A stretch of DNA of 63,614 nucleotides, filler included, from Stramenopiles sp. TOSAG23-2 (Eukaryota), in assembly GCA_900128395.1 (NCBI GenBank). It is 8 parts of 8 records of this genome, joined end to end, with 100 filler letters (N's around TTAATTAATTAA, not from the genome) between each part and the next. Parts side by side here need not be neighbours in the genome. Positions count along the whole stretch, not along the records: positions 44,432 to 53,190 come from LT650168.1; positions 53,291 to 62,047 come from LT650169.1; 6 more parts are not named here. One strand, 5' to 3'. Position 1 is the first letter of the stretch, and each line of letters opens with the position of its first letter. The notes beneath the pieces were generated by a model. That model worked only from the letters and a program-made list of their open reading frames with translations. It was not told the DNA's origin and made no database searches. Positions 47,482 through 59,504 of the stretch are shown in pieces. Both the position numbers and the translations under genes were made by a program.

Positions 47482-48873
47482 ATGATAGCAACAACGACAC
47501 AAGGAAATGAAGTAGAAACGGGACATCAAGCAATGATACATGATGCACAACTTGATTTTTATTCAAGACGTTTAGCCACTTGCTCATCTGATCGTACGAT
47601 AAAAATATTTGCAGTAAGCGATGAAGGAAATCAATACTTAAACGACTTGCAAGGCCATGATGCGCCAGTTTGGGGTGTTCAATGGGCACATCCACGATTT
47701 GGAAATTTAATTGCATCATGCGGTTATGATGGTCAAGTTTTAGTACACAGAGAACAAGCACAAAATCAATGGTCAGTTGTATATCAATACAAGCACAAAT
47801 CAAGTGTCAATAGTGCCTTTTGGGCACCACATGAATATGGCCTTATCCTAGCAGCAGGCTCAAGCGATGGTAACGTCAGTGTACATTTTTATCAACCGGA
47901 TAATACATGGTCCGTTCAAACTTTCCAAGTTTCCAAATTAGGAGTCAATTCGATTAGTTGGGCAACAGCAACTTCTATTGGTGCAAAAACAGAAGATGGA
48001 AAATATATTTTAAGAATAGTTACTGGTGCTAGCAATAATACCGCAAATATCTGGAAATGCGAGCTAGGAAAAACAGAATGGGAAAAAGAATTTTCGTTGC
48101 AACAACATACTGATTGGGTACGGGATGTTGCATGGCGGCCATCCACTTCTACGAAAATAAATACACTTGCAACTTGCAGTGCTGATGGGACTGTACTTAT
48201 TTGGAAACAAGAAAAAGCAGGAGAAGAATGGACATCAACATTGTTGAAAAAATTCCCAGCACCTGTATGGCGTGTCAGTTGGTCCATTACTGGGCATGTT
48301 CTTGGCGTAGCTACTGGTGACAATGTTACATCTTTATGGAAGTATTCAGTAGAAGATAAATGGGAAGAAATTGCTGATATGCCTGTTGAGGAAGAAGAAA
48401 CAAATGATGGTGGCGCAGATGATGAAAAGAAGGAAGCTGCAACAACAAATGATACTAAGAAGGTAGATTCCAATACAACAGCAACCAGCAATGGTTCTAC
48501 CAATCCGCCAGCGCCAGAAGTTCAACAACAACAGCAGCAGCAGCAGTATCAACAACAACAACAACAATATAACCAACAACAACAATATAACCAACAACAG
48601 CAATATAATCAACAACAACAATATAGTCAACAACAGCAATATGGACAACAACAAACTCCATCATATGGTCAATACAATCAACCACCAACCCAACAAGGAT
48701 ATGGTCAAGCATACAATCAACCACCAACCCAACAAGGGTATGGTCAAGGACAGCAACAGCAACCACAACAACAACAACAACAACAAGGATATGGGCAAGG
48801 ATATGGACAAGGATACCAGCAACAACCAGGTCAAGGATATCCACAACAAGGGTATGGTCAACAACAATATTAA
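47482..48873 (+). CDS. SEC13: Sec13 WD40 protein with a Q/Y/G-rich C-terminal extension
   Basis: ETGHQAMIHDAQLDFYSRRLATCSSDRTIKIF, GHDAPVW.V.WAHP.FG, WAPHEYGL.LA, HTDWVRDVAW, VWRVSWS.TG..L. Confidence 0.96.
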   Translation: MIATTTQGNEVETGHQAMIHDAQLDFYSRRLATCSSDRTIKIFAVSDEGNQYLNDLQGHDAPVWGVQWAHPRFGNLIASCGYDGQVLVHREQAQNQWSVVYQYKHKSSVNSAFWAPHEYGLILAAGSSDGNVSVHFYQPDNTWSVQTFQVSKLGVNSISWATATSIGAKTEDGKYILRIVTGASNNTANIWKCELGKTEWEKEFSLQQHTDWVRDVAWRPSTSTKINTLATCSADGTVLIWKQEKAGEEWTSTLLKKFPAPVWRVSWSITGHVLGVATGDNVTSLWKYSVEDKWEEIADMPVEEEETNDGGADDEKKEAATTNDTKKVDSNTTATSNGSTNPPAPEVQQQQQQQQYQQQQQQYNQQQQYNQQQQYNQQQQYSQQQQYGQQQTPSYGQYNQPPTQQGYGQAYNQPPTQQGYGQGQQQQPQQQQQQQGYGQGYGQGYQQQPGQGYPQQGYGQQQY

Positions 48874-49114
48874 ATCAATGGTGTATCAGAAAACTACGAA
48901 GTATAAAATATAGATGTGTATCAAGAGAGAGATTTTTAAAATATTCGTTACGTACCGAACGTTCGTATGATACACTAAAAATTGCATAATTTTAAGATTT
49001 ATATTGATGTAATTAAAATCTACGCGTAAGAAGTGTTATAATAATTTAACACTTCCCACTGCGAGTAAATATAAAAAATGATATTGTACACCACATTATA
49101 AATATACACAAACA

Positions 49115-52100
49115 CTACTCTCCTTTAATTTTTTCAATTCTTGAACCACCATGACCATTCAATTTCAATAAATTTACATGGTGTTTGATCAATGTAGGGC
49201 GATGACCAACACTTATTACAGTAATATCATACTCTTTACATAGTCCCATACATCGATCTTCCAATTCAATATCCAATGCACTTGTTGATTCATCCATTAT
49301 ACAAAATCGTGGTTGGTGATAAAATAAACGTGCAAATCCAACTCGTTGTTGTTCACCCCCACTTAACATATCTTGCCATGGTTTTGTTGCATCCAAACCA
49401 TTTTCAAAATATAATAAATGATTTAAATCCATTTTTTTTAATATATTTACCAATTCATCATCACTCATCATCTGCTCATCAGGTCTATGTGGATATATCA
49501 ATTGTTGTCGGAGTGTGCCCAATGTAATATACGGCCTTTGTGGTAAAAATAATATACCATCACGTCCGATTGTATCTGGTTTAAATAAAGTACCTTCCTC
49601 AAATGGCCATAATCCACCTAAAACGCGTAATAAACTTGTTTTTCCAGAACCAGACGGGCCCATCACGATCATCGGCTCACGATGTTTCACTTCAAATGTC
49701 ATATTATCAAATAAAACTTTCGATTGATCTGGTGTTGAACATACAAGATTTTGAACGCCTACCATGTCTGAAGTGATTTTACTTCGTCTTTCTTCATACA
49801 AATCTGCTGCAGCCAATGCACTTTTTTCCAATTCCTCGTACAAATAACCAACTCTATTCACTAAGCCAACTGATGAGGCAAAATTAAAAAGTAGAGTTGG
49901 AATTGAAGCAAATGCATTAAAGAAAACACCAATAGCAACTATATGTATGATAACAAATTTCTGGCCTGGTGGATTCTTCGGATCGCAAGGATAAATCCAA
50001 TTGAAAAATACAGCCGATAATACAATTGCAGAACTTTGGCCAAATTTTGTTACCGCTAGCAATAAGTATGATCGTTTCAAGTATAAATCATAAGATTTGT
50101 ATAAATCATCATACGTGGCGTTCATATTAGCCAATTCTTTTTTTTCACCTTTATAAAATGCAATGGATTCTGCAAATTCAGCTGTTCTTGCATGTATACG
50201 ACGAAAATTACCTTCTTGTTTTTGCTTTTCTACCATAGCAGCTGCGACTCTTTGCATTAAGATAACAGACACGACAATAAAAAAGAAACCGTAAAGAAAG
50301 TAAATGCAAATTTTGAACCCAAACACACTTTTTAATTGATACAAACCCAAGCCAAATTTTATAAGAGTTACAACAAGACCAAGATTTTGATCCAATATTG
50401 GTGTTATAACACTTGACGTCATTTGTTTTAAGTCCATAGTTAATCGTTGATCAACATTATCTAAGTTTTTTGGACTAAGATTATTAAGATTGTAAATATT
50501 CATTCCACGGAAATACACTTCATGCATTCGTTCTATTATTTCAGATCTCCATTCTAGTGCAACTCTTTGCAAAGCCCAAGCATTGAATATGACCATGATA
50601 CCAGTGACAACACAAATACTAAACAACGCGAACAAGGTAGACGTTGAAAAATCTCCTTTTTCAACCCAATCCTCTTTGATTCTAGGAACAAATATCTGTG
50701 CACCTCCAGAAAATTGCAAGATAAAAATGGTTGGCACGAAAATACATGATATCGTAAGCAAACATATAGAAAATCTATTACAACCTATGCGTGTAAGCAT
50801 TTTAAATCTTGCACAACAGGGTTTTAATCCATGGTTCCTATTACTTTCATTGTCAAGTTCATTTAAATTTAACCTTTCAAACACATGGTCGTTTTCAAAT
50901 GATATTGGCGAGCTTCTAATTTTATCTGCTATATCTTTATTAATACATGAAATTGTTTCTTCCTCATCTTTCTTATTTTTATTATTTGTCATACCAACTT
51001 TTTCGATGCTAAAACCACCATGACCATTCAATTTCAATAAATTTACATGGTGTTTGATCAATGTAGGGCGATGACCAACACTTATTACAGTAATATCATA
51101 CTCTTTACATAGTCCCATACATCGATCTTCCAATTCAATATCCAATGCACTTGTTGATTCATCCATTATACAAAATCGTGGTTGGTGATAAAATAAACGT
51201 GCAAATCCAACTCGTTGTTGTTCACCCCCACTTAACATATCTTGCCATGGTTTTGTTGCATCCAAACCATTTTCAAAATATAATAAATGATTTAAATCCA
51301 TTTTTTTTAATATATTTACCAATTCATCATCACTCATCATCTGCTCATCAGGTCTATGTGGATATATCAATTGTTGTCGGAGTGTGCCCAATGTAATATA
51401 CGGCCTTTGTGGTAAAAATAATATACCATCACGTCCGATTGTATCTGGTTTAAATAAAGTACCTTCCTCAAATGGCCATAATCCACCTAAAACGCGTAAT
51501 AAACTTGTTTTTCCAGAACCAGACGGGCCCATCACGATCATCGGCTCACGATGTTTCACTTCAAATGTCATATTATCAAATAAAACTTTCGATTGATCTG
51601 GTGTTGAACATACAAGATTTTGAACGCCAACTGAATTTGCAGTTGGTTGTATTGATTTCGTTGTCTGTGATGCCATGCTATCACCAATTTCATCTAAAAT
51701 TTCAATGATTTCTCCAACTCGATGTGTAGTACCAGCAGCCGAAGGTATTTTAACACATGTCAACAAAAAATTTGTCAATCCTACTAAGGCAGTCCCAACC
51801 AAAGAAACATTGACAGCCAAAGAGGGATATGTAATTGGAACGCCATGTTCTCCATGAAATGAAAATCTACTTGGCACTGTAGCATTCGTAACATTTGATG
51901 GATGTATTTGAATTCGGGTAAGTTGAGATGCAATTGCAACATATTGAAACCAAGTAGTAAGTGTTGCAGACATAATAGGTGCGACTACCGAAAATGTCGT
52001 CCATTTTATTAACAATTTATTATTACCATATAACATGGCAAAAGCACTATTCGCAGATTCCTCTTCAACACTAGTACCTTTATAAAAAACAATTGATTCA

Positions 52101-52987
52101 GAGAATTCTTTTACCCGTGTATGTACAAAACGAAAGGCACCTTCCAACAATTGTTGTTGAAATGTAAATTTAACAACTTGTGGATAAAATATTATTGACA
52201 AAATGAAAACAATTAGTGTATAAACAATTACGTAAATTGCTGGCGATGGAGTTTCTAACTTTCCTAAACTATCAATACTTAAAACAATCTTCAAAATTGG
52301 GCCAAGCAACCCTGCGTTAGTATTTCCATCGCCAAATATACAGTTCCATAACATCAATGTTGCTTGTTCAACGTCAGCAGCTACACGTTGGTCAACATTA
52401 TCAACTTCTCTTGATATATTATTCAAATAATTTGATACATTTGGTGTTTCAAAAAGTTTCTGATGTAACTTTTGCGTGACTGTACTTCGAAGGCGTAAGC
52501 GGACATTACTACCCCAATATTTTACCAATGATGATATAATTGTATTTGCACCAATCAATATGGTATATTTGTAAACAATTACAATGAATTGATTCGCTTT
52601 GCATGTGTATAAAGGTGGTAACACTTCGGCATTTCCATTAGTAGTTATGTAAAAAGTCAAAAAGTTTATTCCTATGAGACATATAAAAATAATATATGTT
52701 TCAATTGCCATCCTTGATAGAGGTGAACCATAACCAACTTTTAGAATGTTGGTAAATCTTCTCCAAAATACTCTATTTATACCGTTTGCATTTATTTTCT
52801 CGATATCAATTTTACCTACACCCAATGCCTCGCTAGATATAGTCGTTTTTTTCCTACTTTTAAACTTGATATCATGTTCGATACTAGACGATGACCGTTT
52901 CATTTCATATGTATTGTATTTTTTTTTATTATTATTGTCATCATATGATCCAAGCAATGGCATGTCACCGGTATCTTGATCATCCAT
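49115..52987 (-). CDS. Full-size ABCD-family transporter (TMD-NBD-TMD-NBD)
   Basis: Each half has DNVDQR...D, an EAA-like motif EG.FR..H.R..EF.ESI.FY.G, GPSGSGKTSL.R.LGGLWP, FLPQRPY, LSGGEQQR, MDESTSALD and SVGHRPTL. Confidence 0.95.
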   Translation of the reverse strand: MDDQDTGDMPLLGSYDDNNNKKKYNTYEMKRSSSSIEHDIKFKSRKKTTISSEALGVGKIDIEKINANGINRVFWRRFTNILKVGYGSPLSRMAIETYIIFICLIGINFLTFYITTNGNAEVLPPLYTCKANQFIVIVYKYTILIGANTIISSLVKYWGSNVRLRLRSTVTQKLHQKLFETPNVSNYLNNISREVDNVDQRVAADVEQATLMLWNCIFGDGNTNAGLLGPILKIVLSIDSLGKLETPSPAIYVIVYTLIVFILSIIFYPQVVKFTFQQQLLEGAFRFVHTRVKEFSESIVFYKGTSVEEESANSAFAMLYGNNKLLIKWTTFSVVAPIMSATLTTWFQYVAIASQLTRIQIHPSNVTNATVPSRFSFHGEHGVPITYPSLAVNVSLVGTALVGLTNFLLTCVKIPSAAGTTHRVGEIIEILDEIGDSMASQTTKSIQPTANSVGVQNLVCSTPDQSKVLFDNMTFEVKHREPMIVMGPSGSGKTSLLRVLGGLWPFEEGTLFKPDTIGRDGILFLPQRPYITLGTLRQQLIYPHRPDEQMMSDDELVNILKKMDLNHLLYFENGLDATKPWQDMLSGGEQQRVGFARLFYHQPRFCIMDESTSALDIELEDRCMGLCKEYDITVISVGHRPTLIKHHVNLLKLNGHGGFSIEKVGMTNNKNKKDEEETISCINKDIADKIRSSPISFENDHVFERLNLNELDNESNRNHGLKPCCARFKMLTRIGCNRFSICLLTISCIFVPTIFILQFSGGAQIFVPRIKEDWVEKGDFSTSTLFALFSICVVTGIMVIFNAWALQRVALEWRSEIIERMHEVYFRGMNIYNLNNLSPKNLDNVDQRLTMDLKQMTSSVITPILDQNLGLVVTLIKFGLGLYQLKSVFGFKICIYFLYGFFFIVVSVILMQRVAAAMVEKQKQEGNFRRIHARTAEFAESIAFYKGEKKELANMNATYDDLYKSYDLYLKRSYLLLAVTKFGQSSAIVLSAVFFNWIYPCDPKNPPGQKFVIIHIVAIGVFFNAFASIPTLLFNFASSVGLVNRVGYLYEELEKSALAAADLYEERRSKITSDMVGVQNLVCSTPDQSKVLFDNMTFEVKHREPMIVMGPSGSGKTSLLRVLGGLWPFEEGTLFKPDTIGRDGILFLPQRPYITLGTLRQQLIYPHRPDEQMMSDDELVNILKKMDLNHLLYFENGLDATKPWQDMLSGGEQQRVGFARLFYHQPRFCIMDESTSALDIELEDRCMGLCKEYDITVISVGHRPTLIKHHVNLLKLNGHGGSRIEKIKGE
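49144..51628. repeat. 616-bp direct repeat (49144-49759 and 51013-51628) covering both NBDs of the ABCD gene
   Basis: Appears nucleotide-identical; the alternative-frame ORFs at 49276/51145 and 49515/51384 are also identical. Offset is 1869 bp. Confidence 0.95.
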
Positions 52988-53290
52988 GATTAATAACGGT
53001 TCGTCGAAATTTCAAAATTAAAATGGCAAGGTATTTATGTTAACAATTTTTTTCATGATATATCTATACACATACACACGCATATATATTCTTAAGAATT
53101 ACATATATCTATATGTATATATATTTCTACTAAATAATTTACAATGAAATCATTTATCTATATTCCTGAAATATCAATTTACATATTTATNNNNNNNNNN
53201 NNNNNNNNNNNNNNNNNNNNNNNNNNNNNNNNNNTTAATTAATTAANNNNNNNNNNNNNNNNNNNNNNNNNNNNNNNNNNNNNNNNNNNN

Positions 53291-53764
53291 TGCATCCATT
53301 GTAAATATACTTAATGCACAAACGACATATGCAAAACTCATCACAACAGTAAACTCATTATGTGGGCTCATAACATCTACAACGACATTGCAAATTGTTA
53401 ATCCTAATACCACAAGTACATTGACTTCGTGAAACACACGATTTAATACAACTAGTGATATATTGTTATGATATATAAAATAAAAAGCACCACAATATGT
53501 TAACAACGATAATAGCACAAACCAATTCAATAATATATAAAAATCTGACATGACATAAAATACTATTCCAAAAGAACCCGCCACAGCACATACTTTTTGT
53601 GCATTTTTCACACGTCGTTTTAGTTTTTTACGTTCTTCACTATCTGTATTTAATATAGCATTGTCGTCATGCTCATCGTCGTCCTCCGTTTTATTATTTC
53701 CATCTTCAATAGAATCAAGTGATTCACTATATCGTCTTGTTGTTTCACCATTTTTAGTAGGCAT
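53291..53764 (-). CDS. 5' part of a multi-pass membrane protein (MPTKNGETT...SIFTMDA)
   Basis: ATG at 53764, several TM segments, runs to the contig start. The last 55 bp recur inverted at 53984-54038. Confidence 0.75.
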
Positions 53765-53983
53765 TGTGTGTGTGTGTGTGTGTGTGTTTATATATTTGTA
53801 CCAGTGATTATGTATCTTTTGTCTATCTGTTGTGTATAATTTGTTTTTGATTGATTGTACGTGTGTGTGTTTGTGTGTGTATCTGCAACTCTGCAACTTA
53901 CTTGCAACTTGCTGGCTTGCACAATTATAGATATTAGATATTAGATATTATTAGATCACTTTTGTATTAATAATTGAGACACG

Positions 53984-54729
53984 TGTGATGAGTTTTGCAT
54001 ATGTCGTTTGTGCATTAAGTATATTTACAATGGATGCAATTGAAATTAAAAGTCGAACTATGGTATTAACAGTTGGTAAGTAATATGATATACATATATA
54101 TCATAACTTTTTAGAGAATATAATAAATTAACAACAATACATACATACATACATGCATACATAATTACATTATTGAATGAAAAAAAAAAAAAGGAACGAT
54201 TTTTTCAGTTTTAACGCTATATAATTTATACAGTTATACCTTTTCAAGTTTTGCATTTGGTATTGAATTATATAATTTTGGTAATGGCCATGTATTCTAT
54301 AAACGTAGTGTTAAACGATCGATATATTTTAATATTTGTACATCCTCTATTAAAGGATTAAAAAATATGTTTAAAGATAAAGATATGAATTTATTGATGT
54401 TTGTGACAGATCCAGTTTATCGTGATACAGGAGATACATTGCCACCTGATGATGATAATGCTAATGCAATTGGACGTGGACGTGGTTTGACAACATACCG
54501 ATCAAGTCGTAAATTGGAACTTGAATTAGCAAATAGATCAAAATCTTCATCACCACCAGTTGAGAAGAAAAAATCATCATTTAGTTTTGCTGAAAAACCA
54601 AAAACATCCATGATGGAGAAAACAAAAAAAATTAAAAAAAAAAAGAAAAAGAGTAAAAAAGATACTGCGACATTATTACCATCGGGTGCATTATCAGATG
54701 ATCTAACATTACGTAAAGACAGTATTTAA
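53984..54729 (+). CDS. 3' part of the same membrane protein, displaced by an inversion; intron 54076-54193
   Basis: VMSFAYVVCALSIFTMDA-IEIKSRTMVLTVG, then a GTAAG..AG intron, then TIFSVLTLYN..YKRSVKRSIY..MFKDKDMNLLMF, in frame with ORF 54367-54729. Confidence 0.72.
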
Positions 54730-54775
54730 AAACAGAAAATATTTAAAAAAAAAGATTATATATTAAAAAGTGAAC

Positions 54776-54902
<127 letters not shown>

Positions 54903-55195
54903 TATAGGAGCGATTTTATATATCGCGCGTGTGTTGTCATCAATTTAAAGTAGCAAATGTACTAAATAGTATACTAATTTTATATAGGAGCGTTCTGTTT
55001 AAAACAAATTTAAAAACCCCAGAACCCAGAACCCCGACAGTTGACAGTCGTTAGTAAATTTTACAAACTTCTATGACCGGTTCTGTCTTCCTCTACCTTC
55101 CTCGAAGGCACTCTTAACTCCCTCCTTCAGAGTATACATGCATCGTAAAATTCACACTGCAAAATCACACACAATTTTTTGTGCTCCTTGTATGC

Positions 55196-56864
55196 TTACT
55201 TCTTCGATTTTCCATTAGCATTAGATTGTAATTTCTCCTCTATCTCAGACAACGAAAGGCCTTTTGTTTCAATTGGTAATGAAAACAATAATAAAATACC
55301 ACATATTAATGAACCTATTGACCATATATAAAACCATACTTCACGATTTGCAACTGATGTATATATCAATAAAAGTATACTATCCAAGAAATATAAAAAT
55401 GCATAACAAATACATAAACTAATCGCACGTGTTTTTGTTGGTAAAATTTCAGATGACAAAACAAAAAATGTTCTGTAGTATCATATATATATTATATAAT
55501 ATAAATGTAATGTAAAAATTCAAATGTGTGAGTGTGTGTGTGTGTGTGTGTGTTAGTCGTATATAATATATATTTAAAAAAGTCAGGTGATTTACATACG
55601 CTTGTGGGCCAATTTGATATAAAAACATATATATTAGAAATAATATTGTTGTAAATGATGATGATGGTGTTGTTGGTGATATCGTTATTAAAATTGCTAA
55701 TGCTAAACTGGTAATAAAGATACCAAACAATCCAATAAAAAGCAATGGTCTCCTACCAACTGTATCAATTAATGGAATACCCGCACAAACACCAATTAAA
55801 TGGACAATACCAACATATACAATATTTGATCCATTTGTTGCATTTGTGAAAATAGCTGGAAGAATGTAATCTAATTCAAACATGGAAATTGTTCCTCCAC
55901 CAAATACATTTGCAATTCCAATCAAACATGCTAATGCTAATGGTTGAAAATATTTTTTTTCCTTGAATGTTATTGAAATGATACTTGCAATTTGTAAAAA
56001 TGGTGCTTTGATACCATTTGATACTTCGTTGCGACTATGGTGCATTGCAGTACTAGATAATGATTTCTTGCCATTCTTCTTTGTAGCATCCTCGTCCTCA
56101 TCGGTACTATCATCATGATGTAATAATGATTTGTTTTCATCGTTGCTACTATTATTATTATTATTATTAATATTATTATTGTCATTATTGCTTTCAATAT
56201 CATTCTTATTGATATTATTATTATTGTTAGAAGTTTTTCGATTAGTCATTTGCAACCATTCTGGTGATTCTGGCAATACATATATAGTTAATAATATTAA
56301 TGCCAATGCAGGTACAATTCCAACAATCACTAACCATCTCCAAGGTGTATTTATAATACTAGAGCCAGTAGTTGATTTTAATAAAAATGCAGAATTCATA
56401 CCAATGGATGATGCTACTGAAAAAACAACTAAGACTGCGCCACGATTGGATTTATTACTAAGTTCGGCGATATACATAGGTTTCATTAATGAACAAATTC
56501 CAAGTCCAAAACCAAGGACAAGACGAAATGAAAGTATGACGGATATATTACCAATTAAATGTCCAATGGTTCCACAAATGACTATAATTTCACCAGCTAT
56601 CACTGCCGTTTTTCGTCCATATGCATCTGCCATATATCCACCAATAAAGCAACCAAATACGCATCCAAACGTTATACTTGAATTCATAAATGCTTCTTCA
56701 ATTGGATGATTTAACATATTTTCTCCACGTAATAAACTTATTAATGTAGAACCTATATAAAAATTGTATCCATTGTTTATACCAGCAAATAATGAAAGTA
56801 AAATCAATGATATTACACTTGCATTGTTATTATTGGATGGTAATTTTGTTTTTGCCGTATGCAT
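55196..56864 (-). CDS. MFS sugar porter family transporter; exons 56864-55600 and 55472-55196
   Basis: DAYGRK, R.VLGFGLG, PMYIAELS....RG, WRW, PESPEWL, IDTVGRRPLL. A GTATGT..CAG intron gives GPQATFFVLSSEILP..R and ETKG.SL.EIE. Confidence 0.93.
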
Positions 56865-58624
56865 ATTATTGCTTTGTATTTTCGTAATTGAAAGAATGTT
56901 ATATTATATTATTATTTCAAATTTGGTTTCACAAAATTAATAAGATATAAATATAATATATCTAATTTGTTTTATTATTTATTAAAATTAAAATGTGCAA
57001 ATCTTCAACCAAAAAAAATAAATAATGAATATAATAAAATTTACCAAAACTATTTTTATCAATAGAAAGAAACACAGAAAAAAAAGAAAGAAAGAAGAGA
57101 AACAAGACAAGAAAAGGCAATGTATTTATCGCTTCACGATAATATCGTTCACTTCTTATCTTTTAAAAGTCTATGTTTTTCTATTATGTATTTATATATA
57201 TATTTTCTATCTTGTTGCTTGTTGTTCCAGAACAAAATTTTGCTGTAGTAATACACTACTAATTAATATACTTAATAGAAATGAGATATTAGCCGATCTC
57301 ATAGTTTGTTTAGTGCTATGACCGTGCTATATTACTATTATTAATTTTTAGAATGTACCAAAAAAAATAAAAAGTTATACGCCAACAGGCCAACAGTAAA
57401 CCAGTAGGAGTGTTAAAGTGTATAAGCGGAGGTAAAAATCGATTAATAATTTTTTGAACAGCAACAAAAGGTGCAAAGGTAAAAGAAAAAGCATATATGA
57501 ACATGTAACATATGAGTACAATGTTGGTATCATCACATGTCATATGTTTTTATTACTTTCCATCTTCTTCTTCTTCTTCTTTTCGTTTTGTGATCCAATT
57601 GGTAAATTCACTTTTACGCCTTTCTGGGGGAGGAGGAGGATATATGTACACTGTTTTAGATTCTATATGTTTCTTATTGTGCTGATGACATAAATTTGTT
57701 GGACGAGGCCATATATGATCATGTAATTGTGCAATTTATACTCGACTTAGTTCATATATATTTATATATTTATACATGTTTTTAATATATAACTACACAT
57801 AATTGAAATTTAATACAATAAGAAGAAGAAGAACTCTGGGATCTTTATCTCTTTCTTATAACGATTTTTACTATTCATTTTTTATTTAAGGTGAAATTGA
57901 CATAGTGTTGTTTTATCTTTATATGTGAACACAGCAGGCACAAGGTACACAGGCTGGGGATCAATTGTTGGCTGGAAATCTTAAGGTGTCAACGGTGCAA
58001 AGGCTCGAAGAAGAGATTTTGTGTGATTGTTTACCATGCTAGACGAACATGAGTTGGTAGAATCCTTAAACGGCGTTTTTGATAGGGGGGGGAACGTGTA
58101 CATAGAGTATCGCAACTACTGTTTATGGGGAGTTTTGCTTTTGTGGCTATATTTAAACGCGTTTGCAGGATATCGTTGATTCATCATCGTAAAAAACAAC
58201 TATTTATACTATATGTGGATATCGGACAGAAAATAATTATTTGATCTCTTCACCACCGTAATACCGTAGACCGTAGTAATATTATTCTATATTATGTATT
58301 GAATAATGTTTTTTATAATAATAATATATTTATGTACTTATACAGGGTACATATATATTATTATTAAATGATAATATAAATTATTATTTGTAATTTGTAC
58401 TTTTTGTACATATATTATTTAACATCTTGGCAGATCAGAAGTTTTGTTGTCAATAAGATTCATTCATCGTAGAACAAAAAAAACAAACTACACGCAGAGC
58501 ATCTTTTGTTCAAACGCTTTTTCAAGTCAAACGAATACCAATATTATACACCACGAATTGATAAGAAACGTTTAATATACACACACAAACGCAAAAATGA
58601 AAGCAACCACATAAAAACCGTGTC

Positions 58625-58894
58625 GTGTTTTGGTTGGCTCAACTGTCGTTTGTAATTACCTGTCTCAAGTTTCTTAGTACGGTAATTTTATTGGCGGCGA
58701 AAGAAGACGAAGTAGCGAGTATAGGAATGTTATTGATTGGTTTGGATGTACTTTTTTTTCTAGGAAGTCTAGTTGGGTCTGGGATTGCAATCTATTTGGT
58801 TTGGGCAAAGATCAAATCGATTGATAAGACAAAAATAACGCCTGTTACACCTCCAACATCAAAAGCAGAGAAAGCATGGCGAGTGGAAGAGTGA
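58625..58894 (+). pseudogene. Isolated C-terminal fragment of a membrane protein
   Basis: Two TM segments and a TKITPV tail; no ATG-initiated upstream frame. Could be a last exon or a gene remnant. Confidence 0.4.
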
Positions 58895-59504
58895 TAATTT
58901 TTTGCAAAGAAAATATAAGTGCATGTGATAGGACCCCAAATCCCGCTTGGGAATCCAAAGACGTTCAGGAATACCTACGATGGGTTGGGTGGATTCACTA
59001 CACGTTTGATTTTCGGGATGTGGTAAGGACTCTACACCGCGGTTTGGGTGTGCAATGAAATTAGGTACCAAGGTAGAAAATCGATGATGATAGAGTCATA
59101 TTTTATTTAAGGTGAAATTGACATATTTTTGTTTTGAGTATTCTAACTGTCCTATTCCAAGTACAACCTAAAAATGCTTGTCGGGTCAAAGTGATGATTT
59201 TCCATCATTTCGAGCAAAGAGGAAAGAAGTAATACTGTAATAGTAAAAATTATGTGTCATTTAAGGTGAAATTGATGAATATTTTTTATTAATCGGTTAC
59301 AACTTACGAATTATATATATGTTGTTGCAATAAATACCAGGTAGTATTAAATACATATGCCTTAAATGTAAAAAAGCCCACATTTACAATATTATTATAT
59401 ATATATATATACTCGTATATATCTAGTTGATGTGAATATATATACATGAAAAGCCATTGTCTCTGTGTGTGGCGCTTACTGTATCAGAGTACAAACACAT
59501 AGCT

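Noticed and set aside
47916-48913. Multiple overlapping antisense and alternate-frame ORFs over Sec13 (and similar ones over other genes)
   Set aside because: They are shadows of low-complexity CAA/AAT repeats in the real CDS and show no independent protein features.
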